Origin: Gammaproteobacteria bacterium
GTDB lineage: Bacteria > Pseudomonadota > Gammaproteobacteria > Natronospirales > REEB76
NCBI GenBank assembly: GCA_035691665.1
Contig: DASSIS010000089.1
Span: forward strand, 3,145-67,144
Direction of reading: 5' to 3'
DNA length: 64,000 nucleotides
In this document: piece by piece, positions 22,632 through 33,776 of the stretch
How positions within the stretch are numbered: the first letter of the stretch is position 1
How the letters are laid out: each line of letters starts with the position of its first letter
Position numbers and translations under genes: made by a program
The notes under the pieces: generated by a model
Seen by the model: the letters and a program-made list of their open reading frames with translations, nothing else
What the model was told of the DNA's origin: nothing
The model's database searches: none

Positions 22632-23522
22632 TTATTTCTTCTTGGTGTCCTGCTTGAACAATTCGTCCAGTTTCTTCTCGTAATCCATGTAGCCGAGGAC
22701 GTCGTAGAGCTCGGCGCGGGTCTGCATGGTGTCCAAAACACCCTTCTGGGTGCCCTGGCGGCGCAGCTCGCCGTAGACCCGCTCCGCGGCCTTGCTCATG
22801 GCGCGGAAGGCGGAGAGCGGATAGAGCGCGAGGCGTACGTCGGCGTCGCCCAGCTCCTGAGTGGTGAACAGCGGCGTCTTGCCGAACTCGGTGATGTTGG
22901 CGAGCACCGGCACCTTCACCGCCTGGGTGAACTGCCGGTACTCCTCGAGCGTCGCCAGGGCCTCGGCGAAGATCATGTCCGCGCCCGCCTCCACGTATTT
23001 CAGGGCGCGGTCCACCGCCGCCTGCTGGCCTTCCACCGCGTGGGCATCGGTGCGCGCCATGATCACGAACCTGGGGTCGGTGCGGCCGTCCGCCGCCGCC
23101 TTGATGCGGTCGCACATCTCGGCCGCGTCCACGAGTTCCTTGCCCGGCCGGTGGCCGCAGCGCTTGGCCGCCACCTGGTCCTCGATGTGCAGGGCCGCGG
23201 CGCCAGCGCGGATCATCTCCTGCACGGTGCGCGAGATGTTGAAGGCCGCGCCCCAGCCCGTGTCCGCGTCCACCAAGAGCGGCAGCTCCGTGGCGCCGGT
23301 GATGCGGCGGATGTCCTCGCACACGTCGTTGAGGGAGGTCATCCCCAGGTCCGGCAAGCCGAAGGAGGCGTTGGCCACGCCCGCGCCGGAGAGGTAGAGG
23401 GCCTTGAAGCCGGCCCGTTCAGCCAACAGGGCGGCATAGGCGTTGATGGCGCCCGCCACCTGCAGGGGGCGTTCGGCTTCGAGCGCTGACCAGAAACGCG
23501 CGCCGGCGGAGACTGGGGCCAT
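22632..23522 (-). CDS. prpB: Methylisocitrate lyase
   Basis: 296 aa of the PEP mutase/isocitrate lyase family ([17 protein letters not shown]). Confidence 0.92.
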   Translation of the reverse strand: MAPVSAGARFWSALEAERPLQVAGAINAYAALLAERAGFKALYLSGAGVANASFGLPDLGMTSLNDVCEDIRRITGATELPLLVDADTGWGAAFNISRTVQEMIRAGAAALHIEDQVAAKRCGHRPGKELVDAAEMCDRIKAAADGRTDPRFVIMARTDAHAVEGQQAAVDRALKYVEAGADMIFAEALATLEEYRQFTQAVKVPVLANITEFGKTPLFTTQELGDADVRLALYPLSAFRAMSKAAERVYGELRRQGTQKGVLDTMQTRAELYDVLGYMDYEKKLDELFKQDTKKK

Positions 23523-23625
23523 GGGCGGTCCTTAACTTAAGGTGAAGCGGTCCCGGGGACGACCTAAGGACCTGAGAGCCGCATATTTTACCGGTTTGCA
23601 GGAAGTGCCGCTAACCGGTGCGGAT

Positions 23626-24618
23626 CTAAGGGATGTGCACCACCACCCGCCCCCGGTGCTGTCCCGCCAGCACCCTGGGGAACACCCCGGGCAGTGCGTC
23701 GAAAGCCACGGTCTCGCCGGCGATGAACGCGAGCTTGGTGGGCTTCAGGTCCGTGGCGATGCGCTTCCAAACCTTGAGCCTGAGTTCGCGCGGTGTCGCC
23801 ATGGAGTTGATGCCGAGCAGGTTCACGCCGCGCAGGATGAAGGGCATGACGGTGGTGTTGAGCTCGTGGCTGCCGGCGAGGCCGATGGAGGCGATGCTGC
23901 CCCACCAGCCCACGGTGCGCGTGAGCCAGGTGAGCGTCTCCCCGCCTACGTTGTCCACGGCGCCCTGCCACTGGATGCGTTCCAGCGGTCGCTTGCCGTA
24001 GTCGATCTCGTCCCGCAGCAGGATGGAGCTCGCGCCCAGCTGCTTCAGATAATCCCGGGAATCCCGCTTGCCCGTGACCGCCACCACCTCGTAGCGGCGG
24101 CGCGCCAGCATGTTCACGGCGATGCTCCCGACGCCGCCGGTGGCGCCGGTGACGATCACCGGGCCGCCCTTGGGCTTGAGACCGTTGTGCTCCAGGCGAT
24201 GGATGGCGAGCGCGGCGGTGAAGCCGGCGGTGCCCACCATCATGGCGCTCTTGGGGTTATAGCCCTTGGGGATGGGGATCACCCACTCACCCTTCACCCG
24301 CGCGAACTCGGCGTAGCCGCCGTCGTGGTCCTCGCCGAGACCCGAACCCGTCACCAGCACCTTCTGGCCCTTCCTGAAGCGCCGGTCGGCGGAGGACACG
24401 ACCGTGCCGGCGAGGTCGATGCCGCCCACCAGCGGGAAGCGCCGCAGGATCTTGCCCTTACCGGTGGCGGCCAGCGCATCCTTGTAGTTGACGCTGGAGT
24501 AGGCGACCTTGACCACCACTTCCCCTGGCGCGAGGTCGTCCAGGGTGAGCTGCTCGAAGCGGGCCACGACCTGCTTCTCGATCTCGTGGATGCGGTAGGC
24601 GGTGAACGGCTTGCTCAT
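23626..24618 (-). CDS. acuI: YhdH/AcuI-type NADPH-dependent acrylyl-CoA/quinone oxidoreductase
   Basis: 330 aa MDR family protein with VKVAYSSVNYKDALAATGKGKILRRFPLVGGIDLAG, typical of the YhdH/YhfP subfamily. Confidence 0.8.
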   Translation of the reverse strand: MSKPFTAYRIHEIEKQVVARFEQLTLDDLAPGEVVVKVAYSSVNYKDALAATGKGKILRRFPLVGGIDLAGTVVSSADRRFRKGQKVLVTGSGLGEDHDGGYAEFARVKGEWVIPIPKGYNPKSAMMVGTAGFTAALAIHRLEHNGLKPKGGPVIVTGATGGVGSIAVNMLARRRYEVVAVTGKRDSRDYLKQLGASSILLRDEIDYGKRPLERIQWQGAVDNVGGETLTWLTRTVGWWGSIASIGLAGSHELNTTVMPFILRGVNLLGINSMATPRELRLKVWKRIATDLKPTKLAFIAGETVAFDALPGVFPRVLAGQHRGRVVVHIP

Positions 24619-24670
24619 GTCGGCTCTCCCCGTCGGAAGCGTCTATTCTGGCATACCCATATCCCGGCCC

Positions 24671-24705
24671 CATAAATAAGGAGAGCCCCGCAGGAGCGGG
24701 GCTCT
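24671..24705 (-). terminator. Intrinsic terminator after the OM beta-barrel gene
   Basis: AGAGCCCCGC-AGGA-GCGGGGCTCT forms a 10-bp stem. On the minus strand it is followed by CCTTATTTAT. Confidence 0.75.
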
Positions 24706-24733
24706 TTACCGATCTCCCGGTGACGGGACGGCT

Positions 24734-25300
24734 TCAGAACACGTAACGCACGCCGATCTGGAAGTCGTTCTCGTCCGAGTTGTTGGAATAGCCCGCGAAC
24801 AGCCGCCATTCGTTGGTGAGGCTGTAGAGCGCCTTCACCCCGAGGGTGTTCTCGGTGGTGCTGTTCACGTCGCTGTGCTGCACCATGCCGTCCAACTCCA
24901 GCTTCTCCACCGGTATGAAGCGCAGACCGCCGTCGACGCCCCAGCCGTTGTGGCTGCCGTTATTGGTCACGTGCTGGCCCAGGAACGACAGGTCGGCGAA
25001 GAAGCTGAGCTGTGTGTTGATGTCGGTGTAGTAGCCGGCGCCGACACCGAAGCGGTTGTCGGTGCTGCCGCAGCAGGACGCATTGCTGAAATCACCGGTG
25101 AGGCGCCAGTGCGGCTGCAGCTCGTAAGAGCCGTCCACGAACACGCCGGTGAGGTCGGAGCCGCCGCCGCTCGGGTTTTCGCTCAAGTAGCCGCCTTCCG
25201 CGTAGGTGTATCCGAAAGGGGACGCAGCCGGCTGATCGGCCCAGGCGGCGAGAGGTGCTACCGCGCAAAGGATCGCCAGCGACAGGATACGTTTCAACAT
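24734..25300 (-). CDS. Small outer-membrane beta-barrel protein (OmpW/porin-like)
   Basis: Signal peptide MLKRILSLAILCAVAPLAAWA, alternating amphipathic strands and the C-terminal IGVRYVF. Confidence 0.7.
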   Translation of the reverse strand: MLKRILSLAILCAVAPLAAWADQPAASPFGYTYAEGGYLSENPSGGGSDLTGVFVDGSYELQPHWRLTGDFSNASCCGSTDNRFGVGAGYYTDINTQLSFFADLSFLGQHVTNNGSHNGWGVDGGLRFIPVEKLELDGMVQHSDVNSTTENTLGVKALYSLTNEWRLFAGYSNNSDENDFQIGVRYVF

Positions 25301-25561
25301 GGTGTTTCTCCTTATACGAGAGGCTCACGCCTGTGAGTCTCCGTTCGCTTGTGTACTGCGAATATAGGCGCACGTTCCGGAAACCCGGCAGCGCAAATGA
25401 CATAAGCGTCACACTTCGTTACCGAACTGTGACGCAGTTATCCAAAGGAGAAATTATGTGAAGAAGCGGGTGAAACCTGAGCGTTGAGGAGAAATCCGGA
25501 TTGCGTTGAGACGAGACATCGTGTTTTTTCCGCTCAGCGGAGACTGTGCTTTCTTAAGGTC

Positions 25562-27994
25562 TCACCCCGCGCGTTTGCGGGTGCCGACGAAGCTGCGCAG
25601 CGCGTTGGCCATCTCCATGCCGGTCTGATAGCGCTTGTCCGGATCCTTGTCCAGCGCCTTGTCCACGATCACCTTGAGCGCGGGCGGGATGTCCGGCCGC
25701 AGGAAGGTCACGTCGGGGTGCGGTTCGTTGGTGATCTTGAACAGGAGGCCGGTGAGCGACGGCGCCTCGAAAGGCAGTTCGCCGCGTACCAGCTGATAGA
25801 AAGTGACGCCGAGGGAATACAGGTCGCTGCGGCCGTCCACCTTGTTTCCAGCCACCTGCTCGGGGGACATGTAGAGAGGGCTGCCGAGGATGGTGCCGGT
25901 CTTGGTGCGGCTCAAGTCGGTGAGCGCGGCGATGCCGAAGTCGGTGATCTTCACCCGCCCGCTGGCACGGTCGTACATGATGTTCGCGGGCTTGATGTCG
26001 CGGTGTACCACGTGGTGCTTGTGGGCGTATTCGAGCGCTTCCGCGATCTTGGTGATGATGGCTGCCGCCTCATTCATGGGCAAGAGCGCGCCCGACTCGG
26101 TGTATTTCTGCAGCGAGTCGCCCGGCAGGAAGTCCATGGCGATGTAGGCCAGGCCCTGGTCCTCGCCCACGTCGTAGATGGTGACGATGTTCGGGTGGTT
26201 GAGCCGGCCCGCGGTCTCGGCCTCGCGGAAGAAGCGGTCATGGGCATCCTTCAAGGTCGCGCCTTGGAACTCGTCCGCCAGAGCCATGGTCTTGATGGCC
26301 ACCTGCCGGCCGATCTTCGCGTCCTTGCCGAGGTACACCACGCCCATGGCGCCGCGGCCCAGTTCCTGCACGAGCTCGTAACGGCCGAGCATCGGCTTCT
26401 GCAATCCACCGCTGGCGAGCGCGCGCGACAGGGTACCGGCAGTGGTGCCGCGGGTGAGCGTCGGGGTGCTCTCCAGCTGACGCAGATGTTCGAGACGGTC
26501 GGCGAGGCCCGGATGGTCCGGCGAGACCTGCTGCATGAAGTAGTAGACCTCCAGCGCCTGGCTGTAACGGCGACCGCGCTCGTGCTCCTGGCCGAGGGAC
26601 ATCAGGTTCTCGGCGAGTTGCGGCGACGGCCGGCATTGGCGGAAGCGCACGAGCGCTTGATCGAAGCGGCTCAAGGCCTGCAGCGCCAGGCCGTACTCCC
26701 GGTTCACTTCCGACATGGCCGTGCGCGACACGCCGCTGCGTTCGCGCAGGTAATGCAGGGTCCAGAGCACCAAGTGGCCTAGCACCAGCACCATCACCGG
26801 CAGGATAAGCGGCAGCCACAGGGACTGGGAGAGCAGCGGCACGTATTCGCAGTTGAGCAGCACCACCGCTAGGAACGCGCTGACCGCGATGCCGATCATG
26901 GTGCTGAGACGCGGCATGAGGTACATGAGATACAGGCCGACCAACAGCGTCAGCACGGCACGCACCGCCCAGGCCCAGAACGGCGTGGACACGAGGTCGG
27001 AAGCGAGGATGCCGGAGACGAGACGCGCCTCGCGCAACACCGCGGGCGCCGGTCCGTCGGTGAGCCCCACCAGCACCGCCTTGCCGGCGAGCCGCTCCGG
27101 CTGCACCGTGCCGCTGATGACGTCGTCGAAGCTGTACTGCGGGACGCTGGTGGCTTCCGCTCCGCCGCGCAGCAGCACCTGCAGGTGGCGGTCGGTGGCG
27201 ATGGTGCGGGAGCCCAGGGTCACGCCGCCAAGCGCCCGGGTGCCGATGGTGTTCGTATCCACGCCTTCCTGCGCCGCCGCGGTGAGCAGCGCCAGGGATG
27301 CGATGGTGTGGCCGTCCGACTGCACCAGCAACGGCAACTCCCGCATCCCCTGCCCTTCGCTCAAATACCCCACGCCGCGGGCGGCGTGCGCGTAGAGAGG
27401 CAAGGGGGCTTTCAGCTCCACCGCGGGCGCAGTGGAGGCATCGATCTGCAGGGCGAAGGACGGGCTGGCGTCGCTGCTGGGAGCCGTCTCGGTGCCGCCC
27501 GCATCGCCGGGTGCGGCGAGCAGCACATGGCCGGAACGCAGGATGGTCGCCGTCAATATCGAATCCGTATCCAGGGCGCCGTGCGCCTCGTCGATCTTGG
27601 CGTTCAGGGGCTGCAGGTTCTCGTCCGGGTCGGCGGCGAGCGCCTTGATCTGGCTGAGGTAATCGAGGGCCTGGCTGTTCTGGGGCGCCGAGAAGTCGAG
27701 CCCCAGCACCACCACTTCCGCCTTGTCGTTGCTGAGGGCGTCCACGAGCTTGGCGAGGTAGCTGCGAGGCCAGGGCCAGGGACCGTACTTGTGCAGGTCG
27801 GCCGCGCCGATCCCCACCACCGCCACCTGCGGGTCGGCGGCGCGGTAGGGCGCGAGCGCTTCACCGACGTGGTAGCCGGTGGCTTCCATGCCCATGCCGC
27901 GTTGGAAAAGGGCGAACAGTGACAGGGCGACGATCAGCGCCAATGCCCACAGCGTCTTGTTCTTTATAAGCGCCAGCATCGCTTGACTATCCAC
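25562..27994 (-). CDS. CHASE2 sensor / transmembrane / TPR-like / Ser-Thr protein kinase
   Basis: 810 aa. The N-terminal extracytoplasmic domain is CHASE2-like and is followed by about three TM helices. The C-terminal Hanks kinase shows GRGAMGVVYLGKD, VAIK, HRDIKPANIM, DFGIA and SPEQ. Confidence 0.85.
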   Translation of the reverse strand: MDSQAMLALIKNKTLWALALIVALSLFALFQRGMGMEATGYHVGEALAPYRAADPQVAVVGIGAADLHKYGPWPWPRSYLAKLVDALSNDKAEVVVLGLDFSAPQNSQALDYLSQIKALAADPDENLQPLNAKIDEAHGALDTDSILTATILRSGHVLLAAPGDAGGTETAPSSDASPSFALQIDASTAPAVELKAPLPLYAHAARGVGYLSEGQGMRELPLLVQSDGHTIASLALLTAAAQEGVDTNTIGTRALGGVTLGSRTIATDRHLQVLLRGGAEATSVPQYSFDDVISGTVQPERLAGKAVLVGLTDGPAPAVLREARLVSGILASDLVSTPFWAWAVRAVLTLLVGLYLMYLMPRLSTMIGIAVSAFLAVVLLNCEYVPLLSQSLWLPLILPVMVLVLGHLVLWTLHYLRERSGVSRTAMSEVNREYGLALQALSRFDQALVRFRQCRPSPQLAENLMSLGQEHERGRRYSQALEVYYFMQQVSPDHPGLADRLEHLRQLESTPTLTRGTTAGTLSRALASGGLQKPMLGRYELVQELGRGAMGVVYLGKDAKIGRQVAIKTMALADEFQGATLKDAHDRFFREAETAGRLNHPNIVTIYDVGEDQGLAYIAMDFLPGDSLQKYTESGALLPMNEAAAIITKIAEALEYAHKHHVVHRDIKPANIMYDRASGRVKITDFGIAALTDLSRTKTGTILGSPLYMSPEQVAGNKVDGRSDLYSLGVTFYQLVRGELPFEAPSLTGLLFKITNEPHPDVTFLRPDIPPALKVIVDKALDKDPDKRYQTGMEMANALRSFVGTRKRAG

Positions 27995-28201
27995 TCTGCC
28001 CCGTCATGCCCCAGCATGGGCGGAATCGCTTCCCTTGGTGATTTGACGCCGGCTCCCCCCGTGGACCCGGCGCATCAGAACGGGTTTTCCATAACCAGAC
28101 TTTACAAGGGTAACCGAAATTCCCAAATCTCACATCCGGGCTGTCTTGCATCCCGCGCCGGCAAACCCGTCGCGGCCCGTGTGACAGCGGGAATCTAGGG
28201 C

Positions 28202-28621
28202 TCAGCGGCGTCTCCCGAAATGCAAGCTGAGGCTTTCCCAAAGGTTGCGGCCGCCGTCCGCCGCCAAGAGCAGCGCAAACCCGGCGAAGCTGTCGAAGCT
28301 CCGGTTCACCCCCACGAGCAGCAAGGTGAGCAGGGAGACGAGCAGAGGCACCCCGAGGCTCGCGTAGACCATCAGCGAACGGCGCGCCACTTCCCGTTCC
28401 GGCAGGAAACCCGAACGGCGCGGCATCGCCGCGAATACCACCAGGGCGACAGGCACTACCGCGACGGCGAGCAACAGCACGCGCCGATCCGCCGCCTCGG
28501 CGGGCACCCAGAAGAGCGCCTCGAGACACACCAGGGCGAGGCCCGCGAGGTCCAGCGTCGCCGCCAGGGCATGCAGTTTCATCGTGGAGAAGCTTTCGCC
28601 GGCGGGCGTGGAAGCGATCAC
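28202..28621 (-). CDS. Hypothetical polytopic membrane protein
   Basis: 139 aa with three or four hydrophobic helices. Possible later start at MKLHALA (28582). No family recognised. Confidence 0.45.
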   Translation of the reverse strand: MIASTPAGESFSTMKLHALAATLDLAGLALVCLEALFWVPAEAADRRVLLLAVAVVPVALVVFAAMPRRSGFLPEREVARRSLMVYASLGVPLLVSLLTLLLVGVNRSFDSFAGFALLLAADGGRNLWESLSLHFGRRR

Positions 28622-28625
28622 GTGC

Positions 28626-28970
28626 TCAACCTTTCAACCAACCGAGCCCGAGCAACAGGATGGCTGTGAGGGCGAAGCCGGCGTGCAAGGTCACCACCGC
28701 TAGCGGCAGCTTCTGGCGCGTGGCGCGGAAGGCGAACAAGAGCAGCCCGCCGGCGGCGGCGAACATGAACACCAGCACCGCGCCGTTGGCGAGGTGGTTA
28801 TGGGGATCGGCGATGTCTTGCCTCGCGAGCAGGACGATGCCGAGCAAGGCAAACGCCCCGTGCAGCACGCTCACCCGCAACGGCAAGGCGCGGCCGCGCG
28901 CTTCCAGCACCGCGAGACCGGCGCCGCCCAGGGCCACCACCAGGAACAGGATCAAGAGACCGGGCAGCAT
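28626..28970 (-). CDS. Hypothetical 4-TM membrane protein with internal duplication
   Basis: 114 aa in two halves sharing LPLRVSVLHGAFALLGIVLLA / LPLAVVTLHAGFALTAILLLG. Confidence 0.5.
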   Translation of the reverse strand: MLPGLLILFLVVALGGAGLAVLEARGRALPLRVSVLHGAFALLGIVLLARQDIADPHNHLANGAVLVFMFAAAGGLLLFAFRATRQKLPLAVVTLHAGFALTAILLLGLGWLKG

Positions 28971-29020
28971 GGATCCCCCACGTCATGAGGCGCCCATGAT
29001 ACCGGAGCGGATGCAGCGCT

Positions 29021-30301
29021 TCAGGGAGTCTCGGCGACGACGCGCCAGATCCGTCCCTGCTGGCTGTCACCTATATAGAGCGCACCGTCCGGCCCCTGGG
29101 CGAGGCCCATGGCACGGAAGCGCGCGTCACCGGGACCCGTGCCCTGGCCGATGAAGCCGTCGGCGAAGACTTCATAAGGACCCGAGGGCAGCCCGTCCTT
29201 GAAAGGCACGAACACCACCTTGTATCCCGCCTGGGGCAAGGGCGCCCGGTTCCAGGAACCGTGGAAGGCGATGAAGGCGCCGCTGCGATAACGCGCCGGG
29301 AACAGCTTGCCGGAGTAGAACGACACCGACTCCGGCGCCCAATGCCCGGGGAAGACGGCGATGGGCTGGAGGTATTTGCCGCACTCACCCGCTTCCTTGC
29401 CGTCGCCGCCGTACTCCGGCGCCAGCACCTTCTTCTTCAGGAACTGGTCGTAGTAGCAATAGGGCCAGCCGTTGTCGTCGCCCGGATGCAGACGCAGGAA
29501 CTCCTCGGCCGGGAGTTCCGCGCTCTGGGCATCGGTGTAGAGCCTGTGCCAGTTGTCGGAGAGCTGGTCGCGACCCATCTGCAGAGCGTAGAGCGCACCG
29601 GCTTGCGGGTTCCAGGTGATCGCCACCGCGTTGCGGATGCCGGTGGCATAGTGCGTGCCGTCCTCCGGAAACTTCTGTCCGGTCTTGCCGGCGTCGAAGC
29701 GCCAGATGCCGCCGTGTTCCGCGAGCAGGGGGCAGGGCTTGATGCCGGGGGAACCCGGAGCGCGGTCGTCCTCCTGGCAGGCGTTGGAGGGTGCGCCCAC
29801 GTTCACGTAGAGATGCCCCGCGCTGTCGAGCGCGATGGTCTTGGCGGCGTGCTCATGCTGCTCCGGGAAGCCGCTCACCACGGTCTCGGCCGGACCCGTG
29901 GGCAAGAGCTCGCCCGGCTTCAATGGGTAACGGAACACCGCGGTGTTGCTCGCGAAATACAGGTAACCATCGCCCAGGGCGATACCGCTGCCGCTGTCGT
30001 CGCCGAAGTAGCGGATGACGTCCGCGTGGCCGCTGCCATGGCTGTCCTTGAGCGCCACGATGCCGTGGCCGTCCACCTTCTCCTCCAGCACCACGTACAC
30101 GTCACCGTCCGCGTCCACGGCGATATGCCGCGCCACGCCGAGATGGTCGGCGAACACCGTAGCACAGAACCCCGTCGGCAGACTGACGCCGCCGATGTCC
30201 CGGTCGCAATGGTTGGCCGCCATATAGGTGGCCTCGAGCCTCAGGCCCCAGGCGCACATCAGGGCCACCAGCAGCAGGCTGATGATGCGTCGGTGCTTCA
30301 T
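29021..30301 (-). CDS. PQQ-dependent sugar (glucose/sorbosone) dehydrogenase-family beta-propeller
   Basis: Signal peptide MKHRRIISLLLVALMCAWG. GFRN-type motif (ATGIRNAV) and a family-like C-terminus DGALYIGDSQQGRIWRV. The start is trimmed to 30301. Confidence 0.75.
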   Translation of the reverse strand: MKHRRIISLLLVALMCAWGLRLEATYMAANHCDRDIGGVSLPTGFCATVFADHLGVARHIAVDADGDVYVVLEEKVDGHGIVALKDSHGSGHADVIRYFGDDSGSGIALGDGYLYFASNTAVFRYPLKPGELLPTGPAETVVSGFPEQHEHAAKTIALDSAGHLYVNVGAPSNACQEDDRAPGSPGIKPCPLLAEHGGIWRFDAGKTGQKFPEDGTHYATGIRNAVAITWNPQAGALYALQMGRDQLSDNWHRLYTDAQSAELPAEEFLRLHPGDDNGWPYCYYDQFLKKKVLAPEYGGDGKEAGECGKYLQPIAVFPGHWAPESVSFYSGKLFPARYRSGAFIAFHGSWNRAPLPQAGYKVVFVPFKDGLPSGPYEVFADGFIGQGTGPGDARFRAMGLAQGPDGALYIGDSQQGRIWRVVAETP

Positions 30302-30320
30302 GGCTGGCCCGCGCTCCCCG

Positions 30321-30950
30321 TCACTGGATGGTGAACGGCAGCAGGATGGAGCGGTACACCGTCGGGAACATCTGGCTCGCCGTGGGTTGGCCCTCGGCCA
30401 TGGAGTTGCCGTTGTCGGCGGCATTGCCCGGACCGGTGGTGTTGTAGACGGTGAAGCCGCCCAGCACCTCGTAGTCGCCCTTGGCGAGCTGGTCGCCGTT
30501 GTTGTTGAGGCCCGTCCAGGTGAAAGTGATGGTCCGGCTCTGGAAGGCCGTGAAATCGATCTGCACGAAGCTGCCGCTGCTGCCGGAAGCGGTGCTGGGG
30601 GTGGTGAGGCCGCCCGGGTTGGTGCAGGTGGCGGTCGTGATGCCGGTCACGTCCCCGTCGCAGCTCCACACCACGTCGGCGCTGCCCGCCTGGACCACGG
30701 CGAAGTTGGCGAACTCGCTGCTGTTGAAGAACAGCGTCTGGCTGCTGGAAGTGCGGTTACGGATGGTGAGCACCAGGCTCACGGTGTCGCTCTGGGAGAA
30801 TCCGCCCGAGATCGCGCCGCTGGAGTTCTCCACCTGCAGGGTGGTGACGAACTGCGGTGCATCGGAGGCGTTATTCTTGCTGCAGTTGGAGTTGCCGAGC
30901 AGCAGCGATACGACGAACAGAGCGGCCAGGAGTCTCAGCAGGCGGCGCAT
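30321..30950 (-). CDS. Secreted or lipid-anchored Ig-like-fold protein, unknown function
   Basis: Signal sequence ending LLLGNSNC, a non-canonical lipobox. Ser/Thr/Asn-rich beta-type sequence with FTWTGLNNNGDQLAKGDYEV, reminiscent of FlgD-Ig/BsuPI-like folds. Confidence 0.45.
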   Translation of the reverse strand: MRRLLRLLAALFVVSLLLGNSNCSKNNASDAPQFVTTLQVENSSGAISGGFSQSDTVSLVLTIRNRTSSSQTLFFNSSEFANFAVVQAGSADVVWSCDGDVTGITTATCTNPGGLTTPSTASGSSGSFVQIDFTAFQSRTITFTWTGLNNNGDQLAKGDYEVLGGFTVYNTTGPGNAADNGNSMAEGQPTASQMFPTVYRSILLPFTIQ

Positions 30951-31086
30951 GGGTTTCCTCGGAGTGGTGCATCAGGAGATGGGATGCGCGGAGGCCCTGC
31001 AACGTCGCGGCGTCTGCGGACCGGATACCGAGTATAGCGCCGCTCCCACGGCGGGGTTTACCCGCCGCGGGAGACGTTCTGTCACA

Positions 31087-32375
31087 TCAGTCGTGCTGAT
31101 AGGCGGGAGGCAAGGCCGGTGCATCGGCTTTGAGATACGGCAGGTAACGGTCCCGTAACTCGGTCTGCCGGCTCACCATGGGCACAGGCTTGCCGCGGAT
31201 GAACACCGCGTCAGCGAAGGTCGTGAGCTCGAGCGGGTCGCCGCTCCACACCACGAGGTCCGCATCCTTGCCCGCCTCCAGGCTGCCCACGTTCTTGTCG
31301 AGACCGTAGATGCGCGCCGGGTTCAGGCTCATGGCCTTCACCGCCTCGATCCATGGCAGGCCGTTGGCCACGGCGATGCCGCCGAACTGGCGCACGTTCC
31401 AGGACTTGTGGGTGTCGCCGGTCTCGAAGGCGATGAGCACGCCCGCCTTCTGCAAGCGGGCCGCGTCCTCGAAACTGGCGCCCAGGGACTCGAAGGCCTC
31501 CGGAAGGTCACGGGTGGGATTGAGGACCACCGGTACCTTCGCCTTGGCGAGCTCATCCGCCACCATCCAGGCCTCGGCTCCGCCGCTGACGATGAGCCTG
31601 AGCTTGAACTCGGCGGCGAGCCTCAGTGCCGCCTCGATGTCGCTGGCCCGGTCCGCCTGCATCACCACCGGCAATTCGCCCTTGAGCACCGGCTGCAGCG
31701 CCTCGAGGTCGGGACGGGAGAGCGCGTAGGCGCGACGCCCGGCCTTGTCGTAGGCGGCACGGTTGGCGCCGTAGTCCTTCGCGTCCTCGAAGGCCTCGCG
31801 CAGGCTCTCGAGCGCGCCGCCGCGGGCGCCGCCGGCGGTCTTCTGCCCTGCCTCGCCGAGCGTCACAAACAGCGCCACCGGATCCTTGAGCACGTATCCC
31901 TGCACGCCGTCCAGGCTGATGACACCGCCGAGGCCCTGCAACACGCTGCTGTTGCTGCCGGGAGCGACCACCGCGCGGGTCACACCCTCGATGCGGTTCA
32001 CCGGTATCACCATCGAGCGCGGGTTCACGCCTTCGATGGGATCGAAGGCCGCGGTGTAGCGGGTGCTGGTGAGCGTGCTGTCCTGGGTCTGGCTGACCGC
32101 GTCCACCTCGTCCACGCCGAACTCGCTCTCGGGATCGATGATGCCGGGCGTCACCAGCTTGCCGGTGGCGTCGATGCGCTTGGCATCGGCGGGGACGGCG
32201 ACGTCGGCGCCTACCGCGGCGATCTTGCCGTCGCGCACGATGACCGTGGCATGCTCCAGCTTGCCGGCCGCGCCGAGGGTGTACACCGTCCCGCCGGTGA
32301 TGGCGTAGGTATCGGCCTGGGCAGGAGCGGCGCCGAGGCCGGCGAGGGCCAAGGCTATATATAGATAGTTACGGT

Positions 32376-32379
<4 letters not shown>
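31087..32379 (-). CDS. Secreted amidohydrolase-fold protein lacking metal ligands (probable pseudoenzyme)
   Basis: The fold hallmarks are present (VIVRDGKIAAVG, VTPGIID, GSLEAGKDADLVVW). However, the HxH motif is replaced by PES (GIIDPESEF) and the later His/Asp ligand positions are also substituted. GTG start. Confidence 0.75.
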
Positions 32380-33776
<1,397 letters not shown>

